DNA of 64,000 bases. It comes from Camelus dromedarius. Lineage: Eukaryota. The notes under the pieces are model-generated. The model saw only the letters and a list, made by a program, of their open reading frames with translations. It did no database searches and had not been told where the DNA came from. A program made the position numbers and the translations under genes. Of this stretch, positions 41,539 through 54,765 are shown piece by piece. The first letter of the stretch is position 1; each line of letters starts with the position of its first letter. The DNA is taken from positions 38,256,001 to 38,320,000 of the forward strand of contig NC_087447.1 in the NCBI RefSeq assembly GCF_036321535.1, read 5' to 3'.

Positions 41539-42249
41539 AGGGACCACCAGTTATAATGCTCAACCCCAAACCATGGTCCAAGTTCTATTACTCTATCAGG
41601 TAGTACTATATTACATGGTGGAGGTGATTTGGAAAGAGGGGAAGAGTCAAGAGGAAGACCCAAAAATTCCCTGCCCCAGGTTTCAAATAATGGCAGGAAT
41701 GTCACACATTCTAGTCTCATTTTTAAAAATTACTTACTCTGTTTGAGTGTACATCTTGTAATCACCTGGTATTTATTGTCATTTGAGTATAATGCAAATG
41801 AACAACTTGATTGTCTCTGTTTTCCTCCATTCCACCTCTTAGGGACCACATGTGTATTGGCAGCTATCTCTTAAGATGGCATGCCCTGGTAAGCTCCCCT
41901 CTAAATTGAAAAGTGGCAAAATTTCTGCAAAATCTAAAATCAGTGCTTTAAGCTCAGTTACTCCTCTCCTTCCAATGGAATTAATCTCTGTTGGCAGCTT
42001 TTCTGCCTCACCAGGCATTCAGAAATGAAATCTTAAAAATATTCCCTCTAAGAAAACTTCAAATTCCACTAGAGCTCTAAACAACAATTATTTTTCTAAA
42101 TCAATGTCTTCTATTGAAAGGGCAAAGCATTATAGTCCCATTAGGTAGTGGTGGTGTATACGGGTGGTATGGGTGGTGGTGGCTGTGGGATGGGGCAGGG
42201 ATGGAATAGGAAGAGGAGGGTCATAGTTAAAATCCTTTTTATTTTTTAG

Positions 42250-42440
42250 AACAACAAGGTCCTACTGTACAGCACAGGGAACTATATTCAATACTTGTAG
42301 TAACTTATGGTGAAAGAGAATATGAAAACGAATATATGTATGTTCCTATATGACTGAAATATGGTACTGTACACCAGAAATTGACACATTGTAAACTGAC
42401 TATACTTCAATAAAAATATATAAAATTAAAAAAAAAACAA
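42250..42440 (+). mobile_element. L1 3' end
   Basis: acaacaaggtcctactgtacagcacagggaactatattcaa...aataaa plus poly-A. Confidence 0.85.
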
Positions 42441-43097
42441 ATTTCTACACACGCGACTTTTGGGTCCCTCTCTTTTTAGAACTGACTCACTCTAGCAGTT
42501 TAAATAAAACTCATTCTTTTTTACCTAATCCCCTTTATTAAGGGAGAGAGAGAGAAAAAAGAGTAGGATTAGGTAGAGAACTGGACTAAATCAGAAGGCA
42601 TGGATTTTAAGCCAGCTTTCTCACTAACTCTCTTGATGGACCCCCAGGATGTCTACAGACAGAATTCAGCGTGTCTGTGAATTTAGAAGGGAAAAAATTA
42701 CATCATTATTTTCATTGACCTCTAATTGAAATTTAGCATTTCCTTCAAGATCTCTCCCAGTTCTGCCCTTTCACTTCCTCCCATTTGAAGACTTGAATTA
42801 GCCATGTAGTCCTTTGATTACTAATGGAGACAAGAAACCACAGAGTGTTAGCAGTACTTATGATTTTTCACCAATAGAAGTCAGACATTTTCTTATTGCT
42901 TTTACATTTGTTGCTGGTATCTCAAAATATCATATATACTCGTCACTACTTCAAAATTACAGTATGTAATAGACTTGCTGCTACACCTTATAATTTAACA
43001 TGTCAATAAAGAAGCACATATATTACTATATCATATATTTGTTTTTTAGTTTTTGATAACTATATTTTGATAGAATTGGTTTCATTTGGATTCCTAT

Positions 43098-44705
43098 GAT
43101 TTTTTTAAACATTTTTCTTGAGATATAATTCATATAACATAAAATCCACCCATTTAAAGTGTACAATTCAAAGGCTTTAACACAGTCACAGAATTATGCA
43201 ACCATCACTATAATCTAAGTTTAGCACATTTTCACCACCACAAGAAGAAACTCCTACTCATTAGTAGTCACACCCCACTCTTTTCCTCTCCATCCCCCAG
43301 CCCTAGACAACCACTAATGTATTTTCTATCTTCATCAATTTGCCTATTCTGGACCTTTCCTATAAATGGAATCATAACAATATGGGTCTTTTGGGACTGA
43401 CTTCTTTCACTTAGCATGTTTTTAAGGTTAACCCAAGTTGTATCATGTATCAGGACTTCATTTCTTTTTATTGCCATCTAATATTTCCTTACATGAATAT
43501 ACTATATTTTGTTTATTCATATGGATGGACATTTAGGTTGTTTCCACTTTCAGCTACTATGAATAATAGCTGAGATGCTATGAGCATTCATGTGAAAATG
43601 TTTATGTACATACATATATGCTATATTTTTATTTCTAATGGGTTTATATCTAAGAGTCGAATTTCTGGGTCATATCTTACCTCAATATTAAACCTTTTGA
43701 AGAATTGCCAGATTGTTTTCCAAAGTGGTTGCACCATTTTATATTACTACCACCAGTGTTTGAGGGTTCTGATTTCTCAATATCCTCTCCAACTTTTGTT
43801 ATTGTGTGTGTTTTTGATTATAGCCATCCTAGCAAGTGTTAAGTAGTATCTCATTGCAGTTCCCTAATGGTTAGTGATGCTGGGCATTTTCTCACATGGT
43901 TATGGGCCATAGGTCATGGTAGGTCTTCTTTGGAGATATGTCTATTCAAATCTTTTCCCCATTTTTTTAATTGGATCATTTGTCTTTAGTTATTGAGCTT
44001 CAAGAGTTCTTTTTATATTCTGGATACAAATGTCTTATCAGATATATGATTTGTAAATATTTGCTCCCATTTTGGGGGCTGCTTTTTCACTGACCTGATG
44101 GTATTATTTGCAGCACTAAAGTTTTAAATTTTGATGTACTACAATTTATCTTTTTTCTTCATTGCTTGTGATTTTGATGTCATAACTAAGAAACTTGCCG
44201 AGGTGATGGGTGCATAACTCTGAATATACCAAAAACTAATGAACTGTGCACTTTAAATGAGTGAATTACATAGTATATGACTTAGTCTAATAAAGGTTTT
44301 TTTTTTCCTTAAGGAAAAAAGCAAAAATGGCAGGAGAACAGACAGAAAACCAGACCTTGGTGTCATTGTTTGATCACCTCTGTACATGAACCAACAAATC
44401 CTCCTTATTGTTTAAAAAACAAAATTTAAGTTCAGTTCTAAGATTAGATCATGGTGATGGTTTGCAACTCTGTAAATATACTAAAGCTGCACGTATCTTA
44501 CATAGATGAATTTTATGGCATATGAATTATGTTTCAATAAAGCTGTTTTTAAAAAGGCAAAAGAAACAACTGCTTAATCTACAGTCATAAGGTTTACTCT
44601 TATGTTTTCTTCTAAGAATTGTATTGTTTTAGCTTTCTATTTAGGTTTTTGATCCATTTTGAGTTATTTTTGTACATGATGTAAGGAAGGGGTCCAACTT
44701 TATCT
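43098..44705 (-). mobile_element. Old L1 interrupting a hAT-type DNA transposon (~42640-43095 and ~44705-44810), with an opposite-strand insert at ~44200-44560
   Basis: L1 3'UTR and ORF2 motifs; flanks continue a Charlie-like sequence. Confidence 0.75.
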
Positions 44706-45003
44706 ACTTTATTTTACATTCTTAAAACATTATCCTGGGAGGGAATCCACAGGCTTCACTAGACTGACAAAGTGGTCCATGGTACAGAAAAAGGGAGGAA
44801 TCTTTGCTCTAGAAATTGGACTACACCCTTAGTTCTCTGGGCCTCAGTTTCCTCCCTGTAAAAATTCATAGGTAGGATTGAATTGGGAAGCCCCTTCCAG
44901 TTCTGTGGGACTCTTTACTGTGCATACATTATAGGTGGATATCAATGATTCTTTTCTTAAGAGAATACCTATGTATGACACCAGCTGTTTCTAAGGGTTT
45001 TTT

Positions 45004-45005
<2 letters not shown>

Positions 45006-45048
<43 letters not shown>

Positions 45049-45066
45049 GTTGTTGTTGTTGTTGTT
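45006..45066. repeat. Compound (GT)n(GTT)n microsatellite
   Basis: Directly visible. Confidence 0.95.
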
Positions 45067-45761
45067 TTAAAGGAAGCCATTGCCTAGCAATTATGGGAGG
45101 GCTCAGCCAGAGCTCTGTGAAGTGTTTTAAAGGGTAGAGGTGACACAATAGGGGAAGGAAATGTTTTCTATTGAAAAGCAGTCAATTGCCTTCAACAAGT
45201 TGCCAACAGACTCTGAAGACTTTTTTTCCTCTGGTTTCAGCTGAATGCCAGCTTTTTGAAGGTAAATAGAGTGGGCTTGATGAAAAGGTTACAAATACCC
45301 CCAAATGAAGGAGGGGTTTTTTTTTTTGGTACAAAGTTAGCAGGAGAAGAGATGCCACACATTCAGTTGAGGCACCACTACTGAAGTCACCGAAGGATAA
45401 GAAAAATCAGGAAGATACAATCAAATCTTTGCTTTTCCAATTGTAAAGGTACTTTTGCAATTTTATAATTGTTACTCCATATTCTACACCTTTTTAAAAA
45501 ATTTTAAACATGGTATAGAGAGTTTTAAGTATACATTGGTTGAGTCTCTTTCAAAATTAAGTTAAATGATTATGGGATAAATCATATGCATTTTTAAAAT
45601 TTTTAGCATCAAATTCTTTAAGCTACTTGATCATTATATACATTGTAATTTTTCCTGGGATCTACTTCTACACAGTGGAACTAACAATCACAATAATTTT
45701 AAAAAGAAAGCAAAACGTTTGCTAAAAGTTCCGCTAAATATGGAGTTTTAAAAAGACTATG

Positions 45762-46080
45762 AGAACACAAATGAACTTCTTTACAAAAGAGAAATAGACT
45801 CACAGACATAGAAAACAAACTTAATGGTTACCAGCGAGCAAAAGGGGTGCGAAGGGATAAATTGGGAGTTTGAGATTTGTAGATATTATTATATACAGAT
45901 AAATAACAAATTTATACTGTATAGCACAGGGAACTATATTCAATATCCTGTAGTAACTTGTAATCAGGAAGAATATAAAAGGAATGTTCATATGTACATG
46001 TATGACGGAAGCATTATGCTGTATACCAGAAATTAACACAACATTGTAAACTGACTATTCCTCAATTAAAAAAAAAAAAA
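45762..46080 (+). mobile_element. Young L1 3' end
   Basis: Poly-A tail; flanking repeat aaaaaagactatg. Confidence 0.88.
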
Positions 46081-49000
46081 GACTATGGGATATTTGCAGA
46101 AGAGCTAGCATATTCTCCTGAGATTTGTAAGCTATCTACCCTGATGCATAGACCATGTTAAATTCCCCATGTTTTTGCAAAGTTTGCTTGCCTTGTGTTG
46201 ACATCATTTTAAATGAACAGTAAGTAACCTTTATCAAGGAGGGGAAAAAAAAACCCTTAAAGGCTTGAAAGCCAGGACTTCCACTTTTGCTCTTCCCAGC
46301 ACCTTTTCCTCAGGCTCTTCCCCATTTCAAGAAGAACCTCCAATGTAGGGAAGAAGAGTATGGGCAGAGAGGAAGCAGGGTCAAAGCTCCACAGCCCTGC
46401 CAGTTAGTTAAAGGTCAGCACGGAAGGGACTCTCCGCAAGAGGACAAGGAAGCTGGACTTCTCCTTAGCCAGCTGAACTGGATGGCAGCCAATTTCCATC
46501 TCCTCCCTGGGCCTGAGAGGAGCTCCCCACGGTTTTGCGTGGCCCTGCATAAAGACAAAAATGCTCTGTAGAAGCAAGGGTCTAGTTTCACCTTTTTAGG
46601 TGAATAGATCAAGCCAGGTTTCAGCAGGGGGTCAAGGGACGGAGGACAGAAAGGACCAGACTGATATTTGCTGTGTCAGAAACTTACAGGCTTATTTGGA
46701 AAGACTGAAACTAAATAAAGACTTCTTATTAGCGTAGAACTAGAGTTGTGAAATTTGGTCAAAGGGTTGTATGCAAGGATGCTGTTTTTTTATACATGTA
46801 TTTTCATGGTGATGGGGGAAAGTAGTGGCAATACAACATTCTAATTAGCGGAGAAAACTATTGTTTTTCATGAATTCGTAGCATTTCTCATGCTAACAAT
46901 TTTCCTTTCACACTAGAACACAGGAATGGCGCTCCAAAGTTTTTGCTCCTCCTCCCCAAAATGAAAGGGGAAATAGAATTCTTTTCTCAGAAATAAAATG
47001 CACATTAAAAAAGGCTATTAAACCAACATTAGATGACTTAATGTAAAACATTGTTTCCTTTTAACTGGGCTTTTCTTCAGATTCTCTAAGAGGAAAAGTT
47101 GATACCTAACTCCACGTGTTAGTTCCTTTTTTTCTTTCATAAATTTTTTTTTCTCACATTTACTCTTTGGTGGGAGTAGTATTTTATCACCATGTGAAAA
47201 TCCAATTGCAATCTATCAGTTATTAGTAAGAATCAGTTATAAGTAGGGTAGTATGTATAAAACTGAAATACAGACAATTATGTGCAGAATTGATGGACCT
47301 TTTTTGCTCTTTCTGCATTTAGATGATCTCAGCCTATTTTCTGGAAATGCGCATTGAACCAAAAGTGATATCCTATCTCCCCTGAGGACAAATCTTTCCT
47401 GAATGCTTTGCACTGTGATTTTTACAGAAGGAAGAATCCTGAGGACTGGGTCCAATGGGGAGGAATATTGCCTAAGTTGGCCTGAGACAACATAGCTGGA
47501 TGGAGAGGCCCAATTTTCATCACCTTAGTTGCAAAGAGACAAGGTCACGGCACAGAAGACAACCTTGTACATTTGAGGGCCAGGCAAATGCAGAGAAGAA
47601 AGTAGTGAAGCTAAAACCAGAGAAGAGAAGGTCTGAACTGAGTTAGGCAGATGGAGAGGGTCAAGGAAAGGGTTTCAGTTCTGAAGCCACAAATGGGAGG
47701 CTGGTGCCAGTGTGCCTTCTTAAGTCAGATGTTGAGAGAGGTTCTGCTGCTTGGAGGAGCCACCCAGCACTCCAGGCTAAACACTGCAAAGCGATAGATA
47801 TATCAGATCTACTTTTATTCTCTCTTTTATATACTTTATTTTCATCTCAGCACTGTTTGGATTTTTTTATCCTTTCCTTCTTCCTTCTGTGGGTTATTGT
47901 TTTTAAACTCCAAAGGAGTTCTAGGCTTCTTTTTGGACTTTTTTGTTTTCTTTTCTTTAAGTGTGCTGTAAAAGCTAGCACTTTTGCTGTTTTCTTTTTT
48001 TTTTTTCTTTGTTCATGTAGCCTGATCTGGAAACCAGGACTTTATGTTGGCCTGAATTTCTCAGGTCTCTAATCAACTCTCCGGAAAGTGGAATAGCTTG
48101 GCAATGGGCATAATAATAATAATTAAAAATAACAGTGAGCACAGAACAAAGAAATGAGATTCAAAAATAAGAAGGAAAGTGACATAGGCTTTCATCTGAA
48201 AACATCTCTTCTGGCCAACTGAGAAGCACCATTACAGATCAGCTAATAACATCTCTCTCTGTGGAGAAAAGCAAAATCATAGGGAAATTCTGCCTTCAAG
48301 TGTGAAGTTTGCTTTGTGTATTACCCTCTGGTGAAACTCCCACATATAAACAAACCTTTGAAAACTCAAGATGAAAACAATGGCTGCCACTAGTAAGATT
48401 TCCAATGGTACTTTTAAAACACAAAGTAGGTTTGTTTTCCTGGCACAGCTACTCCAGAAAAGTTCTCACTTAAATTCATGCGTGGTCATTTTATATCTCC
48501 CATTTATGCATTCTTGTTTGCTGAACTTAAGTCTTGTGAATCAGTTATTTAAAAAAAAATAGTGTTTGAAGTAACCTACACAGGACTGCTGTGTGTGTAT
48601 ACAAATGCTCTGGAAAGGCACAAGTCAGGTATTGGGTGTAGGCACAAGACAAACCACATGGTCTGCCTTGGCAGCCCTGTCCTCACCTGCAGGCTGCCCA
48701 CACACACTCCCTTCCAAACGGTGCTCCTCTGATGCCAGTTGGCTGAAAGAGCTACTGTGGGAGGGAGCCTAAGGGAGGGTAGGGCATGTGGATAAAAATT
48801 TTAAAACTAAATTTAAACTAAGTTTAAAAACTAAACTTCAAGCTTAAAACTTGATTTACCCTTTCAGCCAAATTCACATTGGAAGTCTCATCTCTTCTTA
48901 AAAATCTTGGACACTGAAGAGTTAAAAGGGTATGGAAGCTGGTGCAGCCTGGGGCTGTCATCCAAGCCAGCAGCAGGAAGGGTTTGGTTCTGGCTAGGCT

Positions 49001-51089
49001 ACAGACAGGCCATCTGGATGCAGGGAAGGCCTAGAATGCCAGAAACAGCTTTTCTTTTTGGTGTTAGGCTTCATTAAGTTCAGCCTGGGGAGAGTCTTTC
49101 TCGTTTAAGACCCAAACTGAAAGTCTTCTTTAAACAGGGTTTTGATATTCTGAATTTTATATAAAACACCAACTACATATACTGTTTTGGTAAAGAAGGT
49201 CAGCAAAAGCAATGTCCACGATTAAATATATTTTTAAAAGGATGTAGACCAGACTCACTAGACTTGTAAATACATAGAAACTATGTGTAGTTTTTAAATA
49301 ATTATGCTAGGAATAGATAAATCTGGATAGGTTGTCTGAAAAAAAATTAAATTTTTTATATTGTAGCACTCTGTGATTCTTATGAAGAATTATTTTATTT
49401 CTCCTATAGTTCACTTGAAAAAGCAATTTCACCACATTGAAATCGCTTCTAGGTCTTTAAAATTATTTTCTTTCTCCATTTTTGTTCTATATTTAATTAT
49501 ATTACACTTGGCATAATGTTAGTGTGGACCAGTTTTAATTCCTTTCACAGGAAATTTTTCTTTACTAAAATGGAGAAAAATAAATTCTGCAGGGGAATTA
49601 TAGTAACTTCCTACTCTATATCACTCGTGAACATACACTCTGTTTGGAAACCACCCTCTTTAAAAGATATGATCTATTCTTCCCTTAGCTATAGCAGCAG
49701 TGTTGGATTTGTATGTGTTATTCTTAACAATTAAAGGAAAAGGTGAATGTAAATTCACCCATGCAAAACAAAGCAGGAAAGAGAATATTATCCTTAAGAT
49801 AATTCTTACCTTAAGGAACAGAAAATGCATGTATCTTTCTGGGTGGGGAAGGTGAAGGGGTAGGGGGCAGATTTTTTTTTTGTCTCTCCAAGGCATTAAT
49901 TGCCACCTAGCAGCAGAGAAGGGAACTGCTAACGTAACTTTGGACTTCAATTTTGAAGACATTGTTTTTAAAGGACCAATATCTAAGGAATTATTAGTCT
50001 ACTGGTAGACTAGGGTTTGAATTTTTTTCTCTTTTGTCATGAGGAGAGAAAAAATAAATAAGGCAAAATTTTTCATTTGCTGTATTTCAAGAATACTCTT
50101 TGCATCCTAAAATGTCTCTGTTCTTTTGTTTCTCAGTGGTTACCCTTGCCATTTTAGCAACAGGCCAAAGGAAAAGAAATTCTGAAGCCACTCTAACACT
50201 GAAAAAATGCTGGTTTTGGCCCATTAAAGGAAGAAATGCCTGTTGTTAATACAGAAAGTAGTTTCCCAAATAATCTCAGGGTGATTTCTATGAAAATGAG
50301 ATCAGAATATATTTTATTTTCCTAGGACAATAAAAAGTCATTTATTTTGAAATTTTAAGGACATTTTAAAATAAAGAATGAAATAATTTTCAGACCAAAT
50401 GATTATTCAAATTTGTCAAAGAAGTGCATCCTTATTTCAAATTTCACCAACCATGTTTTTATTTTTGTAGCAGTCAGCCATACTGAATGCCAAAGCTTTA
50501 AAGGAGACTCTTTATAATGGTGTTTCATAGATCTTGGCAGCTAAATAAAAATAACCAGAATTTTCAAAAGAGATTAAAGCAAAGTTAAACATTTAAGAGG
50601 ACTTCAAAAGCTAACAAGCTGAAAAAGAAGGTTCTTGGCTAAAAGCGTAGCTGATTTAAGATGTTAGATACGGGGGAGTGGCTCATTGTATTCTTCCAGT
50701 TCGCCATTTTTTATCTAGATAAATTGCTACTGTATTGATTATATGAATATATTATCACTAAGGCAATTAGCAACATTTTGGAAGACAAATGCTGGTTTTA
50801 AATGTAACAACAGCTAATATTTATTATTTACTATGTGCCAAGCAGTGTGCTAAGCACTTTAAATGAAAAATTCACTTAGTCATCACAATAATCATAAAAG
50901 ATAGTACCCAATATTATCTCAATTTACAGGTTTAAGCAACAACAACAACAACAAAACAAAGGTTCAGAAAGGTGAAATAAATCATGGAAGGTCTCAGAGC
51001 TTATTAGTAGCTCAGCTTAAATACAAACCCAGTTCTCTCTTAAAATTGGAGTGCCCAGCATTCAATGCTTGGGAACTCTTTTCTGCTTA

Positions 51090-51840
51090 TTCTCACTCTA
51101 GTCTCACGGCTCTAAATAACTCCTCTACAATGATGATCCCCAATTTTGGATCTCCAGCCTGGACTTCTCCACTCAACTCCAACTCATATGCCAACTGTTA
51201 CTCCACCTCTCCATTAGGATGTCTAATAGGCATCCCAAACTTGAGATATACAAAACCATATTCATCATCTTTCTCCCCAAACCTGCTCCTCCCATCTCTC
51301 CTTTGTCTCATTTCATTGCAACTCCATTCTTCCATTTGCTCAGGCCAAAAACATTAGCCATTTTGAAACCTCTCTTTCTCTTACATGCCACATCCAATCC
51401 ATTAGCAAAGTACTGTTGGCTCTGTCTTCAAAATATGCCCAGAATCCAGCTACTTCCTACCAAGTCACTATTACAACTCTGGTCCAAGCCATTGTCATCT
51501 GTCACCTGGATTACTAAAAGCCTTGATCTTGTCAAAGTGCTTGGCCTCCTATAGTCTGTTCTCAACACAAGGGTTAGGATAATCCTTTTAAAATGTCAGT
51601 CCTGACTTTCCTCTGTTCAAACCCCTCCAGTAGCTTTCTGTCTTACTCAAAGTCCTTACTATGGCCTAAAGGCTCTACGCTATCTGCAACCTCCAACCCA
51701 TTTCCTCTCTGATTTCATCCCATAACACTCTTCCTCGGGAATTTCTGTCTGTTTCGTTTACTGAGGTATTCGCAGCACCTTAGTAATAATGCTTGGTATA
51801 TAGTCAGGTCATCAACAAATATTTGTTAAATGAATGAAAA
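51090..51840 (+). mobile_element. L2 LINE fragment
   Basis: ctccagcctggacttctcc...ccacatccaatccattagcaa...aaatatttgttaaatgaatgaa. Confidence 0.8.
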
Positions 51841-54628
51841 ATATCTGACTCCAAAACCCATTCTTTTCATCATTCCCCTCTTATGACTATATTGGTGGCT
51901 CTGTGAGTTGAAGGTGTTTAGCAGGATTATTCAGAGTGGTCTTATATCAGACACCCACTTGTGGTCCAACAGAAGAAATATTTTGGTTTCTTGGAGTTTT
52001 AATGGCTTTCAGCTCCTTTAAATATGATTTAAGGATCTGGTTCAGGGTATATACCCTGATTTTCAACCAGCAGTTGGAAAATTGATCAATAAAGGTATTT
52101 TGCAGGAAGAATAGGCCAGAAAAGCGGCACTATTCCTCTTTTTAAAAGATAATTGTTAGTCGCTTCAGGATTTTTTAGAGTTAAATAAATATAAATTCTA
52201 ATAAGAGCCAAGTTGAAACTTTCCCATGGACATGTAATATTCATTGTTACTCAACTATCTAGACGACATTCTGTAATAATTGCTTAATTTCTGGAAAAGA
52301 TATTTCTAAACAACTCAAGTATGCCAATGGCTTTTATACAGGCCTCTCTTTTGGTCACACACACTGAGGGAGGAAAATTATATTATACAGTTTAGATATA
52401 ACTCTAAGGTGTTACTCTTCCAAGTTACATACATTAATTCTAATTTGCTCTAGTCCAAGCTCTAGCTAGTACTAAAAAATAATCTTAGCTTCTGAGTAAC
52501 TATTCAAAGAAAAAAAGGGTGGTAGTGGATACAAATAAAGCTACCTTTAGATTGAGCTATCTAAAGACTATCAAATGTTGGTTAAATAAATTATGATACA
52601 TTCATATGATGGAATACCTTATAGTTATGCAGATGTTTAAAAGCACATGACATGAAGAAATGTTTGTGGTATAATGTTTAAATTAAACAGCAGGTAAAAA
52701 TAGGCATATATAATTTGATATAAAATTTTATGGCAGTTTATTTTGTCAAGATACTAATTCTATGATTTCTCCTATCCCTTGCCCCTGGACTCTATTTAAG
52801 CAGGTATCCATACCTCAGATTTCTGCAAAGCGAAAAAGCAAAAGCTGCATGGAGACAACCTAGGCTCTTCCTGTCTTTTGAAATGAGAAGAGGGAAAAAG
52901 GAAAGGAATGCCTTTGAGGGAGGAAGAGAGAGTCCTCAAGATTTAGAAGTCTGAAGCCCAAAAGTTGAATGAACAGCTAAGATTCCTGTCTTGCTCTGTG
53001 ACAGAGCCCAGGATGGTGGCAAAACCTCAGACAGGAAGGCTGCACCTGGGTGCACTGGCTGCCAAATTGACTCACTTGATTCCAGATTCTTGAGTTCTCA
53101 GGGTGGTAAAGGAATATTGCAGTCATCAGACCTGAAGAGAAGATGGCACAAAATGGAATCTCAGCAGTAAATCAATGTGGATGGACAACAAAATAATCTG
53201 AGGTAATTCCAAGTAGTTCCACAATAATTAAGACCCTATAAACTTTGTGCAATCCTGGATGGAGAGGAAATGCTCAATAATAACTGAGAATGACTTTCCC
53301 ACAAGCATGGCAGGATGGGAACTCAGGGTTAGGTTCATGCTGATCTAAAGAAATGCAGTATTTCTTTCTATGGAAAGAGTCACACTTTACAATATGCATA
53401 TGCACAAAAAGACAATGTACTACATATTATAAATATTGGAAAATATATTCTCAGGATAATTTCCCTCCCTTCTTTGATAGATATTATTGTAAGAAAAAAT
53501 AACTAAAATTCTAACAGTAATTTTCACTACCTAATGGATTTATGGGACTATTTTTTCATACTGTCTACATTTGAAAAAATTAAAATAAATGTGTATTCCT
53601 TTTATAATTGGAAAAATATAAAACCAACTGTAAGCTGACTTTTTTCCCTGCATAATTGAGCAGGTAGAAAACAGGAAAGAACATATATCATAATCTTAGA
53701 TTCTATTTTCCAGCTATTTCAGAATTACTGATATTAATGTGCCTAGAAGTATAATATAAGCTAAACTTCAAGAAAAGAGAACAGATTTTTCTCACATTAA
53801 AAGAGTGTTGTATGCCTTCTGCACACTGTAAAAAGTGAAAATATTATTGTATCTGTCAGGGTTCCAGCAAGAAACAGATGGCATACTCAAAAGGGGCAAC
53901 TGAACAGAGTATAATCAGAATATGAGCAGGGAAACAGCAAGAACTGATGTAGTACCACTGCCAACCTGTGGCCAATGTGGAGGGAGAAATGGTAATAAAT
54001 ACACTAATCTCTCTCTCCAGCCTTCATAAATCTCAAGCTAGTGTCTTCCATCAACTGAGCTCAAACAGAAGCCAGAGGGGAAGGGAACTTGCTGATGTAA
54101 TCCGTAAAGGGTGAAGTGGATCTATACGGGCAGCAGAGAATATCTAGCATAGCGACAATGCAAGCAATGCTGTAATTTTGCCATAAATATTTCCAAATTT
54201 AAAGATTTCTATTAGAGGAACACTAGAAACAGAGTTCTGGACTTCAATCTTTGGGTACTATGCAATATATTTGGAATAACTACCACCGCTAAAGTACTCA
54301 TGCATCCACCAATTCTGAACTTTATCAAGTACCCAGCTTGTAGAATATATTAGATACATGTACAAAGAGAAATATAACACAGTCCCTCCGGGGGCTCATG
54401 ATTTAAGATGGAGACAACCTGTAAACAAATAAGTACTATTGTTATATGTCTGAAGCAGGACATTAAAATGGAACTCAGCCTGTTTCAGTTTTGGCTGAAG
54501 CTCTAAGAATGTGCCAACTACTCCTACTTCCCACAGTAAAGTGGAAGACCACCAAAAGTAGAAATTTTAAAAAGGAGGGGGCTGCTTTTTTCCACTTCCT
54601 CACTTCATGCCTAGGGAGAGAGGCTTTA

Positions 54629-54765
54629 TTTATTCATTTTGTTTTGTGGGGGAGGGAGGTACTTAGGTTTATTTATTTACTTTTTAGAGGAGGTACTGGG
54701 AATTGAACCCAGAACCTCATGCATGCTAAGCATGTGCTCTTCCACTTTGAGCTATACCCTCCCCT
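54629..54765 (-). mobile_element. tRNA-derived SINE (Vic-1-like)
   Basis: Same consensus as the other copies; flanking repeat agagaggcttta. Confidence 0.88.

Larger units (their letters stand above)
36029..48913 (-). pseudogene. Unprocessed pseudogene of a CatSper auxiliary-subunit (epsilon/delta-like) paralogue, core region
   Basis: Thirteen exon-like segments, most with AG/GT ends: 48860-48913, ~48184-48258, ~47270-47471, 41738-41900, ~41230-41415, 39097-~39174, 38669-38861, 38326-38539, 37902-38099, 37660-37700, 37426-37593, ~36788-37089, 36029-36348. Motif similarity to CATSPERE is colinear (by eye, from recalled sequence). Many stops and frameshifts. Confidence 0.72.

Noticed and set aside
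45241..45261. 21-nt plus-strand micro-exon-like segment (ttttcctctggtttcag|...|gtaaat)
   Set aside because: An isolated splice-like pair with no supporting homology; cannot be distinguished from chance.
49804..49830. Minus-strand AG|GTAAG motif resembling a recursive splice site
   Set aside because: May simply be a donor of a decayed exon; no long-intron context or expression evidence.
49901..49916. CTCF-like motif tgccacctagcagcag
   Set aside because: Mismatches in the core; not supportable without a PWM score or ChIP data.
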